From assembly GCA_021613535.1 (NCBI GenBank), contig CP075493.1, positions 10,602,001-10,666,000 on the forward strand: a DNA stretch of 64,000 bases, given 5' to 3'. The stretch's first letter is position 1; each line of letters starts with the position of its first letter. This DNA is from Adineta vaga (Eukaryota > Animalia > Rotifera). The translations under genes and the position numbers were made by a program. Of the stretch, positions 34,589 through 50,070 are shown piece by piece. A model generated the notes under the pieces. That model did not search any database. It saw nothing but the letters and a program-made list of their open reading frames with translations, and was not told where the DNA came from.

Positions 34589-34880
34589 TTTTTGTCTTTA
34601 TTAGCGCGAAAAAATCGATTTCCTTTATCAACAGAAGAGTATTTTCTATTAGTATATCACTAGTTACTATCTAAACGATTATCAGATATGACATGAGTCA
34701 AGTACAGACGTGTAATGAAAGATGTATTTGCAATTGATTGCACGCAAGAAACAACCGATTTGATAGTACTCTAAATTTTTAATGTCATTACTTTTCGATA
34801 TGTTGTTCGAACGTTTCTAACTGAAGATAATTCAACAAAATATTGATCATGTAGATTTGGCTGAATGTGACAGTCAAGTA

Positions 34881-35137
34881 AGTCCCGTCAAACAATACGG
34901 CACGAAAACGATCGGTTTCTCGTCATTCTAATGGTTTTATGGAAGCACTATTCTCATCGGGAATTTTTCTAGTGAAAATCCGATCGATTCCTGTCGGAGC
35001 ACACAGAGAACTTAGTGGAATATGCAGGAAAACAATTCAGAAAATTTCCGATTTAAATACTACTTCCACTTCGAATGTTTTCTGATTGTCTTCGGCAGAA
35101 TTCTGCGGGGGTTGGTGATCCAGATCTTCGTCCTGGA
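34881..35137. repeat. Probable degenerate non-autonomous interspersed repeat
   Basis: Locally more GC-rich non-coding island; its right end (tcttcgtcctgg) in reverse complement resembles cccaggtcaa at 650, which starts another such island. Confidence 0.3.
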
Positions 35138-35439
35138 TCAGTATCTTTGTTTTACTAGTCTATAAAACTTTCCCAAAATTACAAATTATAAAAGTGCAAT
35201 ATCAAGTCGCAAAAAGGCTAAATAACCAACCATGCAGTGATTTAAGGTATCGATTAAAGATGATGACTGAAAAACAACTAAAAAGCGAGAAAAACAAAAG
35301 AAGTAAGAGCAAAAAGACCTAATGGACTTTCTCTATTTAGATTAACTTAAATCGAAATTTTCATATTGATCTTGGTAACAATCATTAATTATACAATGTT
35401 TTGCTTTCTACTATATAGCTTTTCGTATTACTTTTTGTC

Positions 35440-36340
35440 TTAATCCAATCGTATTCTTTATGTTATCGTATTTTCTATACTAAAAACAATGGGAGGAAAT
35501 ATGTTGCCAATAGTTAAATGATCAAATGCAAATGGTAACGAGAAAACATGACATATAGCAGATGACATGATGTAATATAGAATGCAACCTACATGTTGAT
35601 ATCCTATGGTAGTAAAGGTTTGTTGAATACTATCACTTGATAACGAACGAATCGAATCATCAAGTGTGGTTTCGGTCCTAATGTGAAAGGTGAATTTACG
35701 TAATAACGGCATATGAAGAAGAGTTTCATATTTGTCAGACATGCAGCTACATATATGTCAACGAGAAGCATTTCAAACCAGGTAAATTAGCGTAAAAATA
35801 TAAGTTTTCATTTCTAATACACCATCATCAGTAAATTAAAGTTTCAATGAATTTATATTAAAATATATATACTTCTATTTCATTCAATTTGATATATCTC
35901 CGGAAGTCAAGTTATTTGATTCAACTATGCATGATGACAAAAAGAAAAAAGACAAAACTACAAAATATTTGAAACAGCTGGAGTGTTTTTTTTTCATGTC
36001 AGTAATAATTCATGTGAAAACCTACTACAATATTACTAATGCCATAAATATTGTTTTAATGGATAAATAAACTTACTACTTTATAGACATCTAATAAATC
36101 ATACTCAGGGTAGTCCATCCAGTTCAATATCAAACTTCGTTAAACATGGAAGTCGTCCATCAAGTGATAAAAGTGAAGTTGACTCAATGAGAGATAAATA
36201 AAACTTATGATCAGATTATATTCGAAATATTTATCTGTAAAATAACGTGAAACAAGTTTTTTGTTGAAATTGAAGATTTTATGTGCAACTAAATTAGGAT
36301 AATCGGCTGTTCGAAGAATGCATTCTGTTCTATAGATCCT
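35440..36340 (-). pseudogene. Degraded remnant of a rotifer-type expanded F-box/LRR-like gene
   Basis: Fragments LLHMPLLRKFTFHIRT...CHVFSLPFAFDHLTIGNIFP (35458-35742) and LSLDGRLPCL (about 36140-36175) separated by stops and broken frames. Family assignment is from recalled motif similarity. Confidence 0.5.
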
Positions 36341-36976
36341 GATTCAACGATAAAACATCACCCGTTGATGTTATCACAACGAATTTGAGATTTTTAATAA
36401 ATGATTCTGCTCGTAGAATTATATATCAAGTTTTGGTTGATCAATACCAAATAATAAATAAAGAACCTTTATACTATCAGATTTCTTTAAAATCATAAAT
36501 AAAATGTCATATCATATATAGTTGATGATATAAGATAAGAATTTTTTCGTATTTATAAAGTGTATGATCAGACATATTTTTTTAATTAAATTTATGAACA
36601 AGTTATTACTATCCATTCCTGTAAATAGTTTCTCAGAAATGGATATATTCTTTATCTGTGGTTGGTTGAACATTATGATTTATAATGTTGATTGTCGAGT
36701 GTACAAAAAGTTCTTTTAGTTGTTGATTTAGTCGCTTTGATTATTTACATTTCAATAACACTCTACTTGTTTAAGAGTTAGATGAAAACTTCATTCCTCT
36801 ATGTTTTTTTAAATGAATATAAATGAAAATGGAAATTATCTTTTCAACAATAATTTTCTTCTATGTTTTATTCATCTTAATTATGATGGTATCACAAGAT
36901 GAAAAAAGATCAAAACAACAAGATGAAAAATATGCTTTTTTTTCGTTTTCGTGTTTTGGTTTTTTTCTTTCCTCCT

Positions 36977-37438
36977 CTATTTGAGTGGAATAAAACGTGA
37001 TGAATGTGTTGCACCAATACCAGGTCGACCGTGTTTAACTGGTTTATATGTAATTGAAAATTCTCCAAGATAATGACCAATCATTTCAGGTTTGATTTCA
37101 ATTGAATTGAATGTTTTGCCTTGATGGACACCAACAACGCAGCCAACCATTTCAGGTACAATAATCATATCACGTAAATGTGTTTTAATAGCTTGTGGTT
37201 TTTCTAATTCTGGTGTTTCTTTTTTAGCTTTACGTAAACGTTTAATTAAAGCCATTGGTTTACGTTTAAGACCACGTGATAAACGTCGTCGAGCACGGCA
37301 GTGTAACAATGGCATTAATTGTTCAGTATTTAAATCTAATAATTGATCAAGATCAACACCACGGAAGGTGAATTTACGAAATGTACGTTTCTTCTTTAAA
37401 TCAGCAGCATTTGAACCAGCAGCATCTTGATCAGCCAT
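36977..37438 (-). CDS. RPS15: 40S ribosomal protein S15 (uS19)
   Basis: [21 protein letters not shown]...[14 protein letters not shown]...[12 protein letters not shown]; a 5' UTR intron lies about 37450-37514. Confidence 0.98.
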   Translation of the reverse strand: MADQDAAGSNAADLKKKRTFRKFTFRGVDLDQLLDLNTEQLMPLLHCRARRRLSRGLKRKPMALIKRLRKAKKETPELEKPQAIKTHLRDMIIVPEMVGCVVGVHQGKTFNSIEIKPEMIGHYLGEFSITYKPVKHGRPGIGATHSSRFIPLK

Positions 37439-37752
37439 TGTTTTCTTTCTATGAAAAAGAAAACGATTTTTCTATTTTCTATCATTTATATATATATATA
37501 AAGTGATAACTTACATTCAAAAGATTTGTTTGTTTGAATAAGATGAAAAGATCTAGAAGAAAGAATTCAAATTAATTTAAAGATTGATAAGAATTTTCTT
37601 CCTTATTCGTTTATTTATTTTATACAATTGAAAAACCAGAGAAAAAAAAAGAGAAAGAGAGAACCTTCTTGTAATAGTAGAGTATGAAAAAAGAAAAAGA
37701 AATTGAGAAAAAGAAGCGGCGACACTGCAACGCAACGATTATTGTAGTTCAG

Positions 37753-37774
37753 ACACACACACGCACACACACAC
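37753..37774. repeat. (CA)n microsatellite
   Basis: acacacacacgcacacacacac. Confidence 0.7.
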
Positions 37775-38346
37775 GAAAACAAAAGAATGATAATATAAAA
37801 AAGAAACGAAAAGAATGCTAAAAGCGATAGATAGAAATCAAGTCAGATCGAATAGTAGACATTAAAATAAATGTGGCTATTGCATGATGGACACCACCAA
37901 CGAGTATTGTTGTCATTCCAAGAACTGAACAATGCGTAGATAAAAGACACAATAATCAACGACAATAACAACATAAAACTTCAGAAGAAAAAGAGAAACA
38001 GACTAGAGAGCAGCAGCAGCAATAATACGCGCAGTGCGCAAGTACAAAACAGATACGAGGTATGTATATGTGACAACCAGAAGAAGAAGAAACGTAGTGT
38101 GAGAGAGAGAATGAGTGTCACTGTTTGTTTAATAAGTGTTTTCTCTGTCGAAGCGTGTTCAGAGATACACAAAAACGAAAACGAGAGAATTGTACTAGAG
38201 GAAACAACTCGAATTTGACTTTGAACACGCACACTGTACGAGAAAACACACGTAAACTGAAAAACAAATGAGTAAAACGGCCATTCTAATATAATAAAGT
38301 AGAGTGTTTGAGTAAAGAGAACAAGTAAGAGTAAACGAAGAGAATG

Positions 38347-38367
38347 AGAGAGAGAGAGAGAGAGAGC
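38347..38367. repeat. (GA)n microsatellite in the G-alpha-q 3' region
   Basis: gagagagagagagagagagag. Confidence 0.8.
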
Positions 38368-38426
38368 CATATATATATGTCTGTTTTGGGAGATTTCTTA
38401 TTTTGTTGTTTTTAATCTTAACAGTT

Positions 38427-39919
<1,493 letters not shown>

Positions 39920-40599
39920 CTTGAGATGCCTGTTTTGTTTGAATATATATCGAATAAAAAGAATAAATTGACTAGTAATTTAGAGATTGAATAACAATGC
40001 GGATCATCTGCTTGATGATTTTAAATGATTGAAACGAACATTGAAAGAATTTCTCTTCAGGAATATCAAACGTTCGTAATCAGACTTCATACCATCTAAA
40101 TAATAAACGAAGATTAGAATGATTACTGAACCTAGTCAATCATTGAGCAAGTAAACAAATAAGTAAACAACTGCCATTACTCTCCTCTATACATATTTAA
40201 AATAAAAATGAAATAATTGATAGAGGATCAATAGATGGAGATAATGATTTATCTATGCACTTGGTTTTTTTTATCGACTTAAATTTTGTTTTTATTTTGA
40301 GATTTTCAAGAAATAAAATATGATTTTGATAAGATTAAATTAAATGGACAACTTTTGATAGAAATCTTCGAATAAGTTATTGATTGGTTGAGAAAGTAAC
40401 CAATCCGAATACATGATAACCAAAGACAGACAGAACAGAACAGATATTTCTATTTTTTCAATTGAATGAAGAAAGTAAGGAAATTATGTCTTAAATTGAA
40501 AGATGATATAGATGTTGCTCTAGAGACTATTATTTACATTGAGTTTTGCATTGTCACTTTTTAAAATCTATTTCAGATTCATTTTTTCGTCATCAAGCA

Positions 40600-43245
40600 A
40601 TGAGTGGCAGTAAGTTATTTGTTTTGAAATAAATATATATATATATTATTTCTTTTTTTCTTAAATAGAACATCATCATCACAAAAGTTCCTCTCATACA
40701 CATCGATCTGATGATGATCGAAATCGTCCTCAAAGTTCCTCTCAAATTTCGTCACGTACAGTTATATATGAAGAACCTTCATCAACATCAAAGACTCTAA
40801 AATCATCTGTTCGTCAAGTTGTTCCAACATCATCATTTTACAATACCTCAACAACGAGTAAAAGTTCAAGTTCAAGTTCAAAACCATTAACCATTGGAAG
40901 TGGAAAACAATCAAGAGCAATTAATAGTGATATTTATCATTCGGAAATTGTCGATGATGATGAAGATGATGAAGAAGGTGAAATTGAATATATACCAGCT
41001 GATCAAAATAAACGACCACCCATACGAAGTAAGATTTTTCAAGCTTTCTTTTATTGATTATGAATTACAGAAAAAAAAAATTTTTCTTCTTGAAGGCTCA
41101 AGTGAAGAACGATCAAAACGGCGTCATCGTTCATCTAGTCGATCTTCAATATCTGATGATAATTCGGATGATGATACATCAAAACATCGTCGACAAAAAC
41201 ATCGTCGAAGAAATTCATCAAGGGAACGACGTTCACCATCAGAAGAAGGAGAAGAAGCTGGTAAATGATTGAGATCTTCTGTAAATTCAATAAAATGATT
41301 TCTATTTCTAGAATCTATTTCGGATGCCAGTGATGATCATCATTCCAAAGAAGAACATCAATCAGCTGACGATAAAAAGGAACATAGACGACATTCATCT
41401 AATGGTAAAATTAAACAATAACTTATAATAATGACTTTTGTCAATGTTGTTGTAGATGATCGTTCACATGGTGATGAAGAAAAACAAATTGAAGAAGAAG
41501 CAGGAGAAGAAGAAGAACCTGCACCACCTCCGCCACATCGAAGTCGATTTGATGATCAAGATGATGATCAAGATGATGATGATGTAGTTCTACAAGAAGA
41601 TGAAGAAGAAGAAGAAGAAAATGATAATGATCGACGTCGTCGTCATCGTCATCATCATCGTCATCATCATAAACGATCAAGACGTCACTCATCATCGACT
41701 CCAGCTTCATCATCCTCAAAATCTGCAATGACACCACCGATATCAACGAATGATCCAATTGAAAAAGAAATTATTGAAGAAAAACCTAAATTACCCAATT
41801 ATTATCCTGCTATTCAAGGATGTCGACGAGTTGATGAATATTTATGTATGAATAGAATTGAAGAAGGTACCTATGGTGTGGTCTTTCGTGCACAAGATAA
41901 GAAAACAGGTGAGAAATTTATTGTAGCATCTATTTATTTCATCATTCTTCTATTTAGGTGAAGTCGTAGCATTAAAACGATTGAAAATGGAAAAAGAAAA
42001 AGAAGGTTTTCCAATTACATCATTACGAGAAATTTGTTGTATTCTTAAATCACAACATGAAAATGTTTGTACTGTTAGAGTAAGTGACAAAAATTGTATG
42101 TTCTCTATGTACAAATCTTCTGATTATTATTGTTTTTTCTTTCTAGGAAATTGTCGTTGGTGATGATATGAATCGTATCTTCATTGTCATGGACTATGTT
42201 GAACATGATCTTAAAAGTCTTATGACACATACAATGAAAAAACCATTTTCTATTGGTGAAGTTAAAACGTTGATGTATCAACTACTAGCAGGTGTTAATC
42301 ATCTTCATGATAATTGGATCATACATCGAGATCTTAAAACATCAAATCTACTTCTCAGTAATAAAGGCATTCTCAAAGTATGAAGACATTGCTCATTGAT
42401 TTTATTTCATTTTGACTTGTATTTCGATTCAGATTGCTGATTTTGGTCTTGCACGTGAATATGGTTCACCACTTAAACCGTATACACCTATTGTTGTTAC
42501 TCTTTGGTATCGAGCACCGGAACTTTTACTTGGAATCAAAGTAATGTCATTAATCTTCTCTCTACATCAAATTCAAATACATGAATATGATGCTTTTTTA
42601 TTTAGGAATATTCAACACCTATTGATATTTGGAGTGTTGGTGCAATCTTTGGTGAATTATTGACAATGAAACCATTGTTTCCGGGTAAATCAGAATTAGA
42701 TCAATTGAATCATATTTTCAAAGAACTGGGTACACCAAATGAAAAGATTTGGCCTGATTATAATACACTTCCATTTACAAAGAAAATGACATTTTCTAAT
42801 TATCCATACAATCGACTTCGATCAAAGTTTGATTCGTCTTTATCAAAAGAAGGTTTTGATCTCCTTAACAAGTAAGTGAAAGAAACATTCGAATAACATA
42901 AATCAAATATACGTTTTTTTGCTGAATAGATTTTTGACGTATGATCCAGAGAAACGAATCTCAGCATTAAATGCATTGAAACATAGTTATTTTGAGGAAA
43001 GTCCTCGTCGAATAGATCCATCAATGTTTCCAACATGGCCATCGAGAAATGAAGAAAAAGATAAAACATCATCTCGTGGTGGCGTACAACGTATGTCTGG
43101 ATCTAGTACAGCAACAGCTCAAAAAGAACCCACTCCACCAGCAGCTGGAAAAATGTATGAGAAATTGTTAGGAGGAGGTGATGATGATTCGTATTCAATG
43201 GAACAATTGTCACAACCAGGTCCTGGATTTCAACTTCGAGGTTGA
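40600..43245 (+). CDS. CDK11: Cyclin-dependent kinase 11 (PITSLRE)
   Basis: RS/acidic N-terminus, [48 protein letters not shown]. Confidence 0.95.
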
Positions 43246-46200
43246 ACTTATTTTATGAGTCTTCTTTGTTCGATGTACCATAGATGAATATATGCACGTG
43301 TATGTGTGTTTGTGATTTTTGTATAATTAAAAAACAACCGGTTAATTCAGGTGAAGAAAAGAAATAAATATGATTTGAAACTGTTCTATATATTATGATA
43401 CATTGTTATCAAAAAAGCAGTTGTTGATGACTCCAATGTTTTTATTATGAGATTCTTTCTTTCGTTTGTTGACGCACATGTGAAATGGTATATATATATT
43501 GATGTATAATCTGTTCTCAGGTATCAATCTTACCAAGTTTTGGCTTTCGTATGATTGTTGATTAATGTTTCCAAAAGAAAGAGAAAAAAAAACATCCAAC
43601 AATTCTTTTCTACAGATTGTACAAAGAATACCAGATTTATCCTAATAAATAATCTGTTTATCTTCTGACTCACATTAACGAATACTTTACTATGTCATTT
43701 ATTTTTTCCGTCAACAGATACTTTTGAGTTTGACAATAGCTAACGCATCTTGAAAGAACAAATATGTTTCTTTTCCCCTTATGAAGACATAATATCTTGT
43801 AACATATAGTCAGAACTTAACTTGAACAAAAGAAAAAAGAAATGTTTGATATTAAATTTCTTTCGAATTCTTGATTTGTACTAAGTAAAATGATTGAAAA
43901 TACAATCTCAATGATAAGCATTATCTACGTAGTCATCAAATAAGATCGAAGAGAAAAGTATCAATTCTATATATTTGATTGTTTATTTACTTTTAAGTAC
44001 TACCGCATTAACAAGACTCGCTTCTTTTATTTAAACAGATGCTATACTAATATAACCGATGTTTTCTTTTATGTATAAAAAAACCCTTGATCTTCATATT
44101 TTATCTAGCATTACTAATAATCTATTTAATGATCCAAGAATACTTATAGTTACAAATGTATACGTAAAACTTGAGCAATACTCTACTATTAAGTTATAGA
44201 TGTAGCAATTCAATGAATTTTATTAATACGCATGAAATAATCATATATTCATTCTCTTTGATTATCTGAACTAAAATCCATATGTAACTAAATATGCATA
44301 TTGAAGTACGTAGTTATTTATACATCAATCTATCTATACATATGTATTGATTAGAACCATTCGAGGTAATGTCTGTTGAAAAAGACGACAATGTATGCCT
44401 TGAAGCTATTGTAATCGTAGTATTTACGGTATAATATGATAATTTTCTTTGGTTTGCTTGACGTTCTCATCATTCGTTGTTGTCTTTGATAATATCGTCT
44501 TCTATTTAGCTCGTCTTTTCTTTCTCTCTATATTTATTTGCGAGCTTGCTATTTTCCTCTCATTTCTAGTATGTGTATATGTATAGATAGATCGAATAAC
44601 ATACAGATACATATACATCTAAAGGGAAAGAGAAGAGAAGGAAGATAAGCAGACAAAAGAAAAGATTCTCAAAAATCTATCATCACCCATTTATCAATAT
44701 TTAACAAGTAATTTTCATTTTTACGACAACGAAGTCAAAGATTAAGAACGAAAAAACAAGAAGGAAATATACTGCGTACAATTTTTATTTAAAGTGGATG
44801 AATTCATTCGATCTCATTCATGGGAAACAATACATTTCAAAGTATAACAACACATGAACACAATTTACTTCAGTCAACCACCGATCGCAATTACTAATTG
44901 GGTAAGTTAAAGAAACGATTCATTTATCTTGTATGTAGAATAAAATCATCTTTTTTTTTACTGATGATAATAATACATTAGAAGATAGATTTTTTATCAT
45001 ACGTATATCTTTTAGAGAACTGTTTATGCTTTGTCAATTAGTTATTTCAGCATTTTTCTATTAAAGGAAAGATAATATGAGAACGGCTGTTGTTTTCTTT
45101 TTCTTTTTTTGCTTGTCTCATTCTTTTAAATGTCACATAAATCACAAGAATTTGACATGTATCATTGTCTAATAGAAATATTATTTTTAACTAATTAAAT
45201 ATTATAATAGAAGATTTCATTCGCTTGTTTTATTTAAACAGATTCTTTGTTTATGCAGTTTTCTTCTCATTAGATCGCAAATGAATAATAAATATCGGAA
45301 TTTCATTTAAGCATACATAATCAATAGTTTGTCGTTTTGTTTGGATCATAAAATCGATGTTGTCCTTTTCATATTCTTATAAATACGTGCGTCATCAAGA
45401 TAAAAAAAAAGAACGAGAGAAACAATATATAATGCTCTAATTGTTCGTATACGCCTGGTTTATATATTGTTTTAGCAATTGCATCATTAGAACTTTTATT
45501 TCAGGTCATCTTTTTTTCTTCTGTACTGATTGATACTAACCAATTCTTTTCTAAAAATATCTCAGCTATTCTCTAGTTATCACAAATTGATACATCATAT
45601 GATGATAGATAATCTTCATTTAGAATGTAACGACATTCTTTTCTTTCGAACGATAACCAGTTTTGTGTATGCAATATTCATTAAAATGCTATAGTCAACT
45701 CTTCGGACATTTTTTTTCCTTTGTAATTACTTAAAATATCACATTGTCATATGGATTCTGATTGTAACATTTTAATGTGTGACATCTGCTATAAACATTA
45801 TTTGTTAATAATGATTAAAATGGACCAAGAAAAGAAATGACTTATTTCGTCGCGTGATAGCTTTTATTTCTTTCAAATATGTGACACTAATAGCTAAGAT
45901 TTTGAAAAGACAACGGAAAGAAAATTGAATATCATTTTATCGAAAGATTAATATTTACATACGATAACGAAATGTTAAGAGGAAGAAATAATCGATCAGC
46001 AACTCAATTATTTCCTAGTCGATCATTAATAACTGAAAATAATTATCGACGATATTCTTATGATCAAATTAATCAATATATTGATTATGATTTACTCTCG
46101 AGTCAGAAAACTCTTCCTACTAAATTAAAAAACAATAATTCTTCTCCTCAAACATCATCAGTATCAAAATCTTCCTATATACAAATGTGTACCGCATGTA

Positions 46201-46826
46201 TTACTCCTCAACATATTCGTACAGCTAAAAAACGAAGTCAACAGATTGATATTGATTTACTCTATACATATGATCCATTTCATATTCAGGTAGGAGATAT
46301 CTAACGTTTATTTCGATTCGTTATTGTTATATCTTTAAATATATTATAGTTCGCATTGAAATTTATATTCGCTCGAAAGATCGATTTTTTGGAAGAGACA
46401 TGTTTTCTGTTTATTTGAGGGTAATAATAATGTCATAAGATATTTTTGTATGTTATGTTCGACAAGGTTAACTTTATCATCACAATGACGTTTGACTAGT
46501 TGTTTTTGCTCATGGAAGATGATGACAAGTATGTCTTATTTTTTTGACTGTTTGTGTTGTCGTCAAAATCTTATCTTCATTGATGTAATTTGTGCGCATC
46601 GATTCGGACAACATTGACTATTATAAAGTGATGATAAAAGACAAATCTGTTGTCATATTGATGTATTATATCCAAAGTTTTTTTTCTTTTTTATAAGATC
46701 GCTTGTTAGTGTAAGATGCAATCTAATATAATTAATACCAATCATCTACTTGTTTTTGATTGTAAAGAAAAAGTATTGTGATTATTGACACTAATTTATT
46801 AATAATCGTTGTTATCTTATGTTTAG

Positions 46827-47500
46827 CTCGAACATTTTACTGAAGAACAAATCCAAGGTAAATGATATTGTGAAGATAAACTCAATGTTCATATTGTATT
46901 TTAGAATTTCGACAAGCTTTTCTTCTGTACGATAAAGATTCCGACGGTGCAATTAATCCTAAAGTACTTGGAAACGTTATGAGAACTCTTGGACAAAATC
47001 CTACAGAAGATGAACTCAAAGGATTGATTAATGAGTTTGATTGTGATGGTTTGTCAATTGCTTTCTTTTTTTGTATTTGAATAGATGATTTATTTTGTCT
47101 ATTGTTATATTCTCTAGGTAAAGGTTTGATCGACTTCGATGAATTCCTTCAAATGATGGCTAAACGAGCGAAAGAACATAATGAAGAAGATGAATTAATA
47201 GAAGCATTTCGTGTATTTGACAAAAATCGAAATGGTTTTATTAAAGTTGCTGAATTAAAGTAATGCATATCTATCAGAAAGCAAACTTTTTTTTCGAACG
47301 ATCTTGATTTTTCTTTTATTAGACATGTTATGACTAATTTAGGTGAACAATTTTCTAGTGATGAAGTTGATGAAATTTTAAGTGAAATCGATACGACTGG
47401 TAATGGAATTATTCGATATGAAGGTACGATAGTCACATTAATAATGATTCTATTTTCGTTCTGTTCTTTAGAACTTGTTAAAATGATTACTGGTAAATAA
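46827..47500 (+). CDS. Divergent calmodulin-like protein (4 EF-hand core; first exon upstream and ambiguous)
   Basis: [27 protein letters not shown]...[10 protein letters not shown]...[14 protein letters not shown]...HVMTNLGE...ELVKMITGK*; the core begins at a phase-0 acceptor (46827). Confidence 0.9.
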
Positions 47501-48284
47501 GACGACTTTTGTTTGGCACACTACTATCTGTGATATCTATGTGTGTTCTTAAAAATCGGTTCAACGCTCATATATATTCATTCACATCTATCTCAACTAG
47601 CACAAAAATAAACGATATTAAAGTTTAACCGATTAGTTTTCTGTTGTGTATTCCTACAATTTTTCTTTTTGTTGTTTTATCGGGCGATAATATATGGGAA
47701 ATCTCCCACACAATGAAAACATGTAATTCATGTCTTTTTTTGCATTCACGTACACTTACAACTAATAATGCATGCCGATGAGATTTTTATCTTACCGCAA
47801 AGATTTGAAGTGAATTATGATGACAAATTGTAAACTAATTCAAGATCAAGATCAGTACTTGTTGACATTGAAATAAACATAAAAAGTCAAATATCTTTTT
47901 ATGCATGATGACTATCTGCAACTTGAACGATAAGATATTAAATACTTATGACCATGAATGTATATATACGGATATGATCAATATTTAGTGAAGTCACCTT
48001 CATGTAGCGTCATCTATCCTAAAGAAATATTGAAGTATATTTTCATATGTATCATTTAATAAAACGTATAGGAAAAATGTGATATTTTAATTTAGTACGA
48101 AGTCAAGAAGGGAGAGAGGCGAATGGACAATCTATAAACACCAATCATTTTAAACAAGTATCTCAGCTTTGTTCTCTTATGACTCGTTGGTTTGGTTTGA
48201 TTTGATCAAAATCTCGTTCGTTCTTTCATACATTTCAATAAAACAGTTGAACAAACTATTTTTCTATCGAACTAAAATTAGTAA

Positions 48285-49059
48285 ATGGCCGGTATTTCAA
48301 CAGCACGTTTAACTGAAGAACGAAAAGCCTGGCGAAGAGATCATCCTTTTGGTTTCATTGCTGTAAAATAAAATTTCTCGTTTTTCCTTTTACTGACACA
48401 TATTCATACTATTTCTTGTTTAGAGACCATCAAAAAATAGCGATGGAACATTAAATTTACTCAATTGGGAATGTGGTATTCCAGGTATGAATAATAAGAA
48501 TATTTATTCGAATATTTTGTTAATTCTTCGTTTCTTTTAGGTAAAGCCGGTACTTCATGGGAAGGTGGTTTATTCAAATTACGTAAGTTAAATAATATCA
48601 ATAATTATACTTGAATGTCTAGATTTCTATTTAGGTATGGTTTTCAAAGATGATTATCCATCAACCCCACCCAAATGTAAATTTGAACCACCACTATTTC
48701 ATCCGAACATTTATCCGGTAAATACTGTTGAAAAAGGTGGATTAAATAAGTTTTTTTTCTTTCCTTCTTATTAAAATAGAGTGGAACAGTATGTTTATCT
48801 TTACTTGATGAAGAAAAAGATTGGCGTCCGGCAATAACAATCAAACAAATTTTACTTGGAATTCAAGAATTATTGAATGAACCAAATCCAAAAGATCCAG
48901 CACAAGCTGAAGCATATGCAATTTATATGCAAGATAAAGCTGAATATGACAAACGTATGAAATGAAACGAACTTTGTAGTCAATAAAATACTAAAAGAAT
49001 TCTGTTCTATTTTAGGAATTAGAGAACAAGCCGCACGTTTTCGTTCTACAGACATTTAA
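48285..49059 (+). CDS. UBE2I: SUMO-conjugating enzyme Ubc9
   Basis: [24 protein letters not shown]...[12 protein letters not shown]...[33 protein letters not shown]. Confidence 0.96.
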
Positions 49060-50070
49060 ATTCTAAAAACTTAATTATGTGTACAAACGAATAGACAAAT
49101 GCACGATTTGCATAAGTCTTCTTTGTTTCTATTCTTATACTTCTTTATTTTTCTGTCTTTTTGTTCATGTTGTTCGAGTATGTTAAACTCGACACAAACG
49201 TTCCTAAAAAAGAACTTTTTTTTGTGTCTCTATGTAAACTGTTCATGATTATTCATATGAACTTCTCGCAAACAAAAATACAAAGAACATCTAATGAAAT
49301 CATAAGAAGTTACTCTGACCAATATAAATATTCATAAAACTATACCTGTTTGTTGTACAATGAAATTTTTTAGCGATTCATACATGAATAATTCAGTGTG
49401 TTTTATGAGTACAAATATTATGGAAATATATATTCACAGAGTACATCAATTGCTTGTGCAATATTATCAATGCGGAATTTGGACGTTGACTTATTACTCC
49501 ACGCCATATTTCATATCTTTATTTTTTCTAAAAGCAAACATATCTTATGCGCACTGTTTTACTTTATTTTTATCAGTATATCAAAGTACACGTCTATCTA
49601 TATAAACAGCTAAAAGCAACAGTCATATTCAGTATTTCTTTAAATTTCTACTAACTGAATAGTTACTTTAAATTTTAAACAAGTAAGTTCTACGTTTTTC
49701 AGACAAATTGTTCAGTATACAATATAGTCGAGAGGATTTCTTTTTCTTTGGAATTATGAGTATCAATGTGTATATATTTTCTTTTCAACGTAAACAAAAG
49801 AATATGAGTAGAAAAGACGAGAAGAAGAAAATTGTCCGATAAGACATAGATGTGTAATGAGAGGATTGGTGCATCAGTTTAAAAAAATATAGATAACAAA
49901 ATACATATACGTATATAAACAGACGAACATTGTGTCCAAACATTCATTTTTTTCTTCATATTCTCTTTACTTATCTTACACTTGGGTAAAATAATGAAAA
50001 TTATCATTGACTTGTTTCATTTTCAGATTTTTCATTTTTCTTTTACTACCAACGAAATCTAACAAATAAA

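Noticed and set aside
37981-38370. 129 aa hydrophobic ORF
   Set aside because: It sits in the microsatellite-rich 3' region of G-alpha-q; its composition derives from (GA)n and low-complexity sequence.
41441-41758. Antisense poly-D/H/L ORF
   Set aside because: Shadow of the CDK11 acidic and His/Arg-rich coding repeats.
46450-46535. Further calmodulin-like first-exon candidates (MFDK|gttaac, MEDDD..|gtatgt)
   Set aside because: The first has a weak donor and only 4 codons; the second is in the wrong phase for the 46827 acceptor.
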